Shown in pieces: positions 7,822 through 15,700 of a stretch of 60,449 nt of DNA. The DNA is from a virus (lineage: Duplodnaviria > Caudoviricetes). Position 1 is the stretch's first letter, and the number at the start of each line of letters is the position of its first letter. Both the position numbers and the translations under genes were made by a program. The notes under the pieces are model-generated. The model saw nothing but the letters and a program-made list of their open reading frames with translations. It was not told the DNA's origin and ran no database searches. The stretch covers positions 1 through 60,449 of the IMG/VR virus record IMGVR_UViG_3300037247_000601; one strand, given 5' to 3'.

Positions 7822-8487
7822 TTATAACATGGCTTTCACGTAGCCATCCACATCATGGCGTGAGATTGGACCAGGCCACCAGCTTACCGGCGCTAGGCGT
7901 ATTTCAGAACCGGGATGCACCAAACCCCAGATGGGTGGCCATGAGGGTGCAAAGTCCATAGGCATGACAAAGCGTTTCACAGGCGCCTCAATGGCGACAG
8001 CCGCCGTCCGATCCAATGTCTTGGGGGCGCCGAAAGTCACCAGTCCGGCCAGCTTCCAACCTGGGAAGGTCGCTGCGTACCAGGCAGCAAACAAGGTGCT
8101 CAACGCTCCGCCCATGGAGTGCCCCGCCACGTAAAGTGGGATATCGTCAGGTACGCGCTTGGCCATCGTGGCAGCGTCGAGCGCAATGGCCGCCAGCGCG
8201 TTCCGGTAGCCCGCATGGCAACGCCCAGGCCCGAGCCAGGACACGGGCCAAGGGCGCGTGAGGTTGCGCCACAGATCGATGATCGAGCCTCGTGATGCCT
8301 CGGTGCCGCGGAATACAATGGCCTGCCACTTGTCGGCCTTCACCAGCATTGCCTGCGTGCCGCGCCGGTCCAGCGTGGCTGCAAAATGCAAGTTCAACTT
8401 ATCCAATTCGCGCTCAACCTCGGACCAGGGCCGATAGACCAGTGCAGAGAGTTGCGCCAGTTGGCCAAGAGGGTGACGGGATTTCAT
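7822..8487 (-). CDS. Class 3 lipase (alpha/beta hydrolase)
   Basis: IVFRGTE, HAGY, GHSMGG nucleophile elbow, TFGAP, D..P, C-terminal His. Confidence 0.9.
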   Translation of the reverse strand: MKSRHPLGQLAQLSALVYRPWSEVERELDKLNLHFAATLDRRGTQAMLVKADKWQAIVFRGTEASRGSIIDLWRNLTRPWPVSWLGPGRCHAGYRNALAAIALDAATMAKRVPDDIPLYVAGHSMGGALSTLFAAWYAATFPGWKLAGLVTFGAPKTLDRTAAVAIEAPVKRFVMPMDFAPSWPPIWGLVHPGSEIRLAPVSWWPGPISRHDVDGYVKAML

Positions 8488-8651
8488 GGGGCTTCCAGGA
8501 GCCGCTGGAGGTCGCCTACGGTCACGGGGCGATCCCAGGTGCCTCCGCACAGCAGATCAACGCCCTGCCTGTCCGTGGGGCTCTCAAGCCTATGGTAGGC
8601 GCCCAGGGTCATGCCGCAGGTGGATTGGCCCTCGATGCGGATGTCAACCAT
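8484..8651 (-). CDS. Small hypothetical protein in lysis cassette
   Basis: Overlaps both neighbours. Confidence 0.5.
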   Translation of the reverse strand: MVDIRIEGQSTCGMTLGAYHRLESPTDRQGVDLLCGGTWDRPVTVGDLQRLLEAP

Positions 8652-9051
8652 CGGTCTCTCTCGGTGTTGGTTCGGACAATGGTGCAGAATCGGCACCGAG
8701 TGCATTGGCTGCTGGTTCCCACGGCTTGCCACTCTGCCAAATTACGCTGGCCTTGGGGTGTTCGGGCGCATACCAGTTGCCGGGATCGGCATACCATTCA
8801 AGCGCCGTGATAAGTCCGCGCAGCTTCTGTTCCGCATGTTTCCTGTGGTCGATATTCTCGGCCGCGAGCTTCGCAAGCATCTCGTAACGCTCACCTAATT
8901 CAAGGAACTCGGCCAGATAGTCATCCTGATCCTCGATGCCATATTTGATCAAAGCATCCTGTTGAACGGCACAGGCCCCCAGCAGCAGGGCCAGGACGAT
9001 GGCGGCTACGATCTTGGTCAGACTGGCCCAGCCTTTAATCATAGGTGCCAT
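8644..9051 (-). CDS. Predicted lipoprotein in lysis cassette
   Basis: Hydrophobic signal and lipobox LLGAC. Confidence 0.65.
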   Translation of the reverse strand: MAPMIKGWASLTKIVAAIVLALLLGACAVQQDALIKYGIEDQDDYLAEFLELGERYEMLAKLAAENIDHRKHAEQKLRGLITALEWYADPGNWYAPEHPKASVIWQSGKPWEPAANALGADSAPLSEPTPRETDG

Positions 9052-9128
9052 CAAAAAGTGGGTATGTAGGCGATGGGCCGACCGATTGTCAAACCGGCAC
9101 CGCCGATCATGTCCCAATCTCTACTCAT
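9051..9128 (-). CDS. 25-aa peptide MSRDWDMIGGAGLTIGRPIAYIPTF
   Basis: GGAG SD; TGATG overlap with lipoprotein gene. Confidence 0.4.
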   Translation of the reverse strand: MSRDWDMIGGAGLTIGRPIAYIPTF

Positions 9129-9137
9129 GTCGCTCTC

Positions 9138-9869
9138 CTATTCGTGAAAGTTTCGCCGGCCCTGAAGCATATCTTCGGCATGCCGGGCTTCGTGCTCGGG
9201 GAATAGGCCCAATGATCTAGCGCGCATGTAAATCAGCGGCCACCCATTGGTGTACCACCGAGGCGGCACGGTGAAGGCATCCTTGACCGCCGGATCGATG
9301 CCATGCTGGCGTGCTAGAACGTCGAACTCGTTATCGGGCATCCAAACAGTCTTGGCCTTGCCCCTGGTGGCGGTCCACAATTCGAGCGGCTTGGGCAGGC
9401 TGGGCTCCAGGCCGATGCTCGCACGGTCAAGCGCCATCACGGCCCCGGCGCGCAACGTATCCTCGCCATAGGGCTGAGCACCGTTCTCGTGCTGGATAAT
9501 CGCAGCGGCAAGATTCATCAGGGTCGCGGGATCTTCGGGATCGATTACCTGGCTCTGCTCAACGTCCAGCGCGTCCCTGACTTGTGCCGCATAGGCATCG
9601 GTGGCGTTCTCGGACGGCGGCGCCCATCGGTCGATGATCTCCTGTACGGTATCGATCCGGCTCCCATCACTGGCCCGTCTGTGTCGGTGGTAGGTCAGCA
9701 GAACCTTGCACAGCGCCCGGATGCCATGGCGGGCGGTATCGAAGGTGGTAAAACGGGGACGGGGATGATCTTCCAGACCCAGTTCACCAATCCAAGGATC
9801 GCGGGCAAAAGCCGCTGGATTGAAGTCGAGATTTCCGGGGTTGTGATTTCGGATTCCGCGCGCGGTCAC
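9138..9869 (-). CDS. Endolysin (lysozyme-like RGIRNxNPGN family) with C-terminal extension
   Basis: RGIRNHNPGN, GIRAL, IIDRWAPPSEN.T..Y, IIQHENG. Confidence 0.82.
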   Translation of the reverse strand: MTARGIRNHNPGNLDFNPAAFARDPWIGELGLEDHPRPRFTTFDTARHGIRALCKVLLTYHRHRRASDGSRIDTVQEIIDRWAPPSENATDAYAAQVRDALDVEQSQVIDPEDPATLMNLAAAIIQHENGAQPYGEDTLRAGAVMALDRASIGLEPSLPKPLELWTATRGKAKTVWMPDNEFDVLARQHGIDPAVKDAFTVPPRWYTNGWPLIYMRARSLGLFPEHEARHAEDMLQGRRNFHE

Positions 9870-9997
9870 TTCTTTTTCTTCCCGTTCAACAGAGTTTCCA
9901 GGCGCACCAAACGGCGGTCAAAACGCCACAGCATGGCCAGCACGGCAATGATGGCCAGATCGCCACCGGCCCCGAGAAGCTGCAGAATGTCGGTCAT
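9866..9997 (-). CDS. Putative holin (43 aa)
   Basis: MTDILQLLGAGGDLAIIAVLAMLWRFDRRLVRLETLLNGKKKK: one TM segment, basic tail, GGAGG SD, overlaps endolysin start. Confidence 0.6.
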   Translation of the reverse strand: MTDILQLLGAGGDLAIIAVLAMLWRFDRRLVRLETLLNGKKKK

Positions 9998-10329
9998 GCG
10001 GCCACCTCCAATGCTTCGAGTTCAAGCAGCTTGTAATATCCCGCGTGGCAAATAATTTGCGCGTCCACACCGGCCAGGATTTTGTTGAGCCGGTAGATTT
10101 CGGTCCTGAGGCAGCCCATCCACCAATCCGGCATGGCGTCCGGGTCGGGCCATCGTATCTCAGTCAAGTCTATTCTCTTCACTGCTCCATGACAAAAAAA
10201 TGCCAGCACATAGAGACCTTGGGTATGGTTGAGACCAACGCGCGCCCCTTTGTGCCGGAGTTCGTAAGGAGCGTAGCGACGATCCCATTTCCGAGTTCTG
10301 CTCTGCCGCCGCAATAAGAGGCGCATCAC
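9994..10329 (-). CDS. OmpR/PhoB-like winged-helix protein
   Basis: L...WPDPD...LRTEIYRLNKIL...GYYKL pattern. Confidence 0.65.
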   Translation of the reverse strand: MMRLLLRRQSRTRKWDRRYAPYELRHKGARVGLNHTQGLYVLAFFCHGAVKRIDLTEIRWPDPDAMPDWWMGCLRTEIYRLNKILAGVDAQIICHAGYYKLLELEALEVAA

Positions 10330-10353
10330 GTCTCCGGCGCCACGGGGCGACCC

Positions 10354-10794
10354 TTAGACCTCGAAGCGCAGCGGGTTTGGTACTGGGAGGTTGAAACTTC
10401 TCAAGAATGCCTCGACCAAAGACTTTGAGAAGGCCTGCCCCGCGCCTTTGCCGGTATCGACGGTTCGCTTCCCAGACATGAGGATAACGCAGCCGGCGGC
10501 GTCCGCTAAGGTCGCGATAATTTGATTAGGAAACTTCCGTGGGACGTGGAAGAGATAGACCACGCCCACGAAAGACACCATCGAGGCACCGCCGGTCTGT
10601 CGCACGAAGGCCCGCGCCTGGTCGCCTTCAAGCATCCCCCACATCACCGTGCTGGGCATCGGCCTCGGCGGCGTCTTGAAATATTCGAGCATCTCACGGG
10701 GCCCGATGCAGACCGCCTCGCCGGCCGCCGAGCGCGAAAACGACAGCGCCGCGACCGCGGCAAGGATTAGCAAAGCCGCGCACAGGCGGCTCAA
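10354..10794 (-). CDS. Secreted/membrane hypothetical protein (start uncertain)
   Basis: Signal-peptide-like RLCAALLILAAVAALS...AAG. Confidence 0.65.
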   Translation of the reverse strand: MSRLCAALLILAAVAALSFSRSAAGEAVCIGPREMLEYFKTPPRPMPSTVMWGMLEGDQARAFVRQTGGASMVSFVGVVYLFHVPRKFPNQIIATLADAAGCVILMSGKRTVDTGKGAGQAFSKSLVEAFLRSFNLPVPNPLRFEV

Positions 10795-10892
10795 GGAAAA
10801 TTTCGCATGGGGTTTCTCCTTTACTGATGTGCCACCCTTCGCAATGCCGAAACTCATGCGAGAGCGGCTGTCAGAGAAAAGAAATTCGTATA

Positions 10893-12488
10893 TCAAAGCT
10901 CCGATTCTGCTGTCCAGTGAAAACCCTTCAATTCGTCGATCGCACCGCTAGTGGCGAACGCCGCGTGGCACCCACTGTCGCCGATATCCTCTAGCGTGAT
11001 ATCGAAGTCGGCCCCGGTGGTTAGGTCGCGGTACTTGCCGCTCGCTCCCGTGGTGCTGTAGCCAGTCATGGTCGGCGCGGCGTGTTTGACGACCTTGAAG
11101 TGGATCGAGATGCTGCCCGCCGCCACCGGATCAGTGAGCCGCACCGCACCGGCCTCTGTGGACGTACCAGGCACGGTTCCCTGGTCGTATGACTTCTCAT
11201 AGTGCGGCAGGCACAGAGCCAGTTCCTCAGCGTGCGACCGCCGCGGGAATGGAATGGCGTTCGGACCGGGAACGACTAGGAGATCCGCTATGTAAAGAAA
11301 ATCTCCGACCGTTGTGGTCACGTCATCGGACCAGATAAAGAGGCCGGCATTCGTAGCACTCGCCGTGTCGATCGATATGTTTTCAATCTTGAATGTTTGA
11401 TAGCTGGTCGTGAGCGCCGCCAGGCTGGCTGGCGTGTTCTCATAGGTCCAGTTCGCCACTAAAGTCGGGTTTGTTCCCGCCGCTTCCCAGGCCGAGACCG
11501 GGTCCGAAGTCACGCTGTCAGCGGTCGAATCCCAGGAGACCAGGGCGGCTCGCAAATTAGCAATGCTGGTCCCGGTTCGGCGCGCTTTGAAGCTCAGACT
11601 GCCCACGCCAGAGATTAACACCGCTGCATCCCGGGCCACCAGAATTTGGAAATACCCGAACTTCTTGTTTGCCGTCTCGACATCGAAGCGCCAAGCCGCA
11701 TAAGAGCCGGTGGGAACAACAGATGTTTCCTGTGTGACATCGACAACATTGTTGCCGTCACTTAGCAAAATTCCCCTATCCAGCAACACCGTATCGTCGT
11801 TGTTGGCTGGTGTGGTTGCAGAGGTGTACGCCGTACCATCACCGCGTCGTTGATCTTGGCGGAAGTCGCCGTTTTTCAGGAGATTGCGGACCGGGTAGGC
11901 CACGGTGGCGGTCGGAGTGAGCAGTTGCATATACGTGCCGTCGTATTTCCACATATGCCATGAGCCGGATTCCAGGTCACCGTCTGCCAAGTCCAGATCA
12001 TGGTTTTTCTTGATCGTCTTGGCAGCAAAGGCCGTTCCCCCCGCCTCTGTAATGGCGAGGGTCGCCGACCCCGTGTTGGTGAAGTTCACCTTGGCCGCGA
12101 AAGAATCACCGTTCGCCAAGGCCGACATGGTGCGATTGACCGTCAGCGCATAGGCATTGGCCGAGCCCGTGGTGTCCAGGGTGGACTTGATCGTGTCGTC
12201 GATCAGAGAATCATTGCTGCCACGGACCGGATCGGAGCTCGAAATCTGAACGTCGCCGGAATCCGACAGCACGACCTTGTAATCCTGGTCCTTCAGGAAG
12301 ATCGCGCCCCAGCGGCCGGCACTGTCCGCCACAACCGGATTGGCGTTGGCCGAACTCAGTGCGTCGTCCGAGTAGGTGTCGAGCGGGGTCGAGGTGCCCG
12401 ATTCGTAGAACTGAAGCTTGCCACCGGCCAGAACACCGCCGGAGGCGTTCTGCGCCTCGGCGCGGGGCATGTGAAAACGATTGGCCAT
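10893..12488 (-). CDS. Tail fibre / receptor-binding protein
   Basis: GGKLQFYESGTSTPLDTY...ANPVVADSAGR anchor; NLLKNGDF and EELALCLPHYEKSY carbohydrate-binding-type region. Confidence 0.85.
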   Translation of the reverse strand: MANRFHMPRAEAQNASGGVLAGGKLQFYESGTSTPLDTYSDDALSSANANPVVADSAGRWGAIFLKDQDYKVVLSDSGDVQISSSDPVRGSNDSLIDDTIKSTLDTTGSANAYALTVNRTMSALANGDSFAAKVNFTNTGSATLAITEAGGTAFAAKTIKKNHDLDLADGDLESGSWHMWKYDGTYMQLLTPTATVAYPVRNLLKNGDFRQDQRRGDGTAYTSATTPANNDDTVLLDRGILLSDGNNVVDVTQETSVVPTGSYAAWRFDVETANKKFGYFQILVARDAAVLISGVGSLSFKARRTGTSIANLRAALVSWDSTADSVTSDPVSAWEAAGTNPTLVANWTYENTPASLAALTTSYQTFKIENISIDTASATNAGLFIWSDDVTTTVGDFLYIADLLVVPGPNAIPFPRRSHAEELALCLPHYEKSYDQGTVPGTSTEAGAVRLTDPVAAGSISIHFKVVKHAAPTMTGYSTTGASGKYRDLTTGADFDITLEDIGDSGCHAAFATSGAIDELKGFHWTAESEL

Positions 12489-12555
12489 GATTACTCCAAC
12501 GGAAAAAGCCCGCGTGTTGCGGACCGGGACGGTTACCACTCTTACGAAAAAGTGA

Positions 12556-12584
12556 TTGGACTCCGCGCGCTGAACATATATATT
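12556..12584 (+). promoter_or_regulatory. Sigma70-like promoter, antisense to late operon
   Basis: TTGGAC-N17-TATATT in AT-rich intergenic DNA. Confidence 0.5.
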
Positions 12585-12718
12585 TTAATCACTCATGAGT
12601 AAAATATACGGACGCGAACTGAATGTTAACGGTTGTCACCCGAGGGCTAGTCATATCCTCCGCTGGACAGGGAAGATAGTCATGAATCTTGAAAAAGACA
12701 ACGGATTCTGATATCCAG

Positions 12719-12749
12719 TATAAAGGGCCGCTTGAAGCGGCCTTTTATA
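12719..12749. terminator. Bidirectional intrinsic terminator
   Basis: TATAAAGGGCCGCTT-G-AAGCGGCCTTTTATA. Confidence 0.8.
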
Positions 12750-12762
12750 TGGGCGGGTCGAA

Positions 12763-15700
12763 TTATGGACTAGCGGCCTGCACGCCAATGCGGAGGCGAG
12801 GATGAACGCGGCTTTCCTTCTCGTACCGGTCCCGGCGCTCGATCAGATAGTCACGCATCTCGCGGTACTCGTCGCGCCGATGTTCCTTCTCTTCCTCGGA
12901 CAGGCTCTGATCGCGCCCGAGGTTCCGCATGGCTCTGGTGACTTTCTTGATCTCCCAGCGGTAGCGCGAGAGATTGCGGTCGCGCGTGTCCTCCGGGTTG
13001 ACCGGGTAGATGTTGACGCCTATCAGCCGGGCCGAGGCCTGCATGGCGGTCAACGGCGGGTCGCCGCGGTAGTTCGGCTGGTCGGTCAGCGAGCGATACA
13101 TGTGCCCGGTAAAGCCGATGTCGGTTAGCCAAGTGGGGGCCACGAGACGCCAGGAGTATTGCAGAATCTTGAGGGCCGCAACCCTCGGCGGGTCTGTCTC
13201 CCGGACAATACTATAGCCGGTGAAGGTGTCTACACCTGTCGTGGCAGCAATCGCAATTTGAGGCGCCGGGCCGCCGAAGATCCCAAAATCTTTGAACAAC
13301 TCCAACCCGCCCTCTCGAACTTCACCTGTTGCTATCTTGACCGCAGAGGTGAACGCTTGCTCGTGGGCACCCCACGGCATGAAGTAACTAAGGTCGATAG
13401 GCTGCCAGCGTCCCTTTTCATCCTGGACCGGCCAGAGCATCACAAGCCCCTTATCGTGCATCCACTCGGGCAGCGCCTTCAACAGCGCGTTGATATCGTC
13501 GTCGTCAACGTCATGCAGCGCCTTGACGAGAGCCTCGCCCAATATGTAAGGGATTGCGTAATACATGAACATGCGCCCGGGGTGCCGCGCCGCGCCGCGC
13601 AGGATAGCCGGCGCCGCTTTATAGAAGAACGTGACGAACGGGGCCCCAACTGGAGACCGGCGAGCCTGCTTGATCCAGTTTGGCACGGCCGAATAATCGA
13701 ACAGCGCCTCTTGCGCCTTGGCCACGGCCTCCTGATCGGTGGCGCCGCGACGCTTCTGGTCGATGATGACCGCCGTTTTCCCCCAGGTTTCGATGAACTG
13801 ATAGAAGTTTGCCGCACCTTCAACTTTGTCCGCCACCGTGAATGCTACTTTATAGGCAAACCCCAAGAATCCGTCTTGCTCCCCTTTGATGCGCAGAACG
13901 TCTTTATGCAAATCTTTAAGTTCGTTGGCCTTGAACGTGCTCGCGGGGATACCAGACCTGATAGCCAGGCGGTAGTTTTGACCGTTATTGCGAATCTCTC
14001 GGAGCGCCTGGCCCATGCGCAAGATTGGATTCCGCACGTCCCCGGCAATGTGCATCAGGACCATGCCGGAGAAAATATTGCGGTTTACCGTGGGCGGGTT
14101 GAGCGGCACCTTGGACAGTTTCCAAAACGCATGGGCAACCCGAGCAGCTTCAAGAGTCTTATCGAGGACCGTCTCCTCGCCGAGGATCGTTCTGCGCGAG
14201 CCCATGATGTCGTTCCAGATATCCTTGCGGACATAGGCGCCGCGGAGATCACCGTATCGTGGATTGTCGGGAAGCTTCTCGAATTCCTCTAAAATGGGGC
14301 GCGCAACCTGGTCCCGGAACAGTCCCAAACCCTGCTCGCCCAGAGCGTCCATCTCCTCGGCCAGCCCCCGCATCCCCTCGGCCTGGGCTTTGTCGACGTG
14401 CCGGGAGCGGTCGCGGAGCGCTTGGGCCTCGGCCTTGAGCCAGTAGGGCGTCACTTTCCGGCTGCTGCGGATACCCGGCGGTTTCCACTCGACGAAGCTA
14501 TTGGGCAACATCCACTCGGGATTGCCCGCTATGTCGTGGAGGAAGTCCTCCATGGCCATATCGTGGGCAGGAACCGACAGCGCGCGGCGTACCAGGAAGC
14601 CCGGGTCTTTGATCTCCCCCAGGTACAGGTCGCGATACTCGGCCGGCAGATCCTCGATGCGTTCTTTGAGATAGCCCCGCTCGCCAATCTTGAGGCCCGC
14701 GCCGCCCGACCCCGTGTGCCGTTCCAAGAGAAATTTCAGGTAGACCCTCGGCAGGTACTCGTCGGCGTATTTGTCAAAAGACTTCTGGGGCAGAATCCCG
14801 CGCCGGACCATTTCCTTGCCCAGCTTCTTGATCGTGGATTTGGCCGCCACCGCGGCGTTGCGCAGACTCACGGGCTTTTTCTTGAACACTCGCCCCTTCT
14901 GCCGGATCAGGACCGGACGGTGCGGGATCATGTTCGGGTTCGCGCCCTTGGTGGTCAGGTATTCTATGACCAATTTCGCCTCCACGTCCGTAGCGTTGTC
15001 GAACACCTGACCCAGATGATCGGCAATCCGCTCGGCGCGCCAGGCGCGACCCATGGCAGCACGATAAATTTCGAGATACTGTTCCGCGCCCTGCTTCCCC
15101 AGCGCCGTCATGTGGGGGTCTCGGAAGGGGTAGCCCTTGGTGGCCTTCTGTATCCAGCTCAGATCGGCGATATAATCGAGCGCGCGATCGGCAATCTTGC
15201 CCCATTGTTTCTGGGCCGCAGGGAGGTTGATGCCGGCGTGGAGTTCAATTTCACCCTGTCCACGCCCCGCCACGTCGAACAGCCCCTCGTCGGCGGGCTT
15301 CTGCGCGGCCTTGGCCTTCGCCCGGCCCTGCATCTTGCGCTCGGCAAGTTCGCGGTCGCTGATCTTTTCAGCGCCGGGGAGGACGGTCTGAGGGCCTTGG
15401 GGGGTGGGCTCGACGGTGGGTTGACGATCTTGCTCAGCAGCAAAGGCCTCGTCAAATTCCTCCGTCGCGGCCTTATATTCCTTAGCCGCTACCTCAAACT
15501 CGGAATCATCAGCCATCCGAGTTCGGTATAACTCGGCAATTTTCTTGTACTTTCGGGTAGCAATATCGTGTTTTTTGATGGCGGCCCGATATTCCGGGCT
15601 TAGTTCCGCGCCTTCTCCCGCTGCCGCACCACGATCTCCTGCATCTCGATCAGGTTGGGCAGCCCCTTCTTCGCCTCGGGCGAGAGGTTCGGCCTCTTCA

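Noticed and set aside
10893-12488. Diversity-generating retroelement target in the tail fibre
   Set aside because: No RT and no template/variable repeat pair seen.
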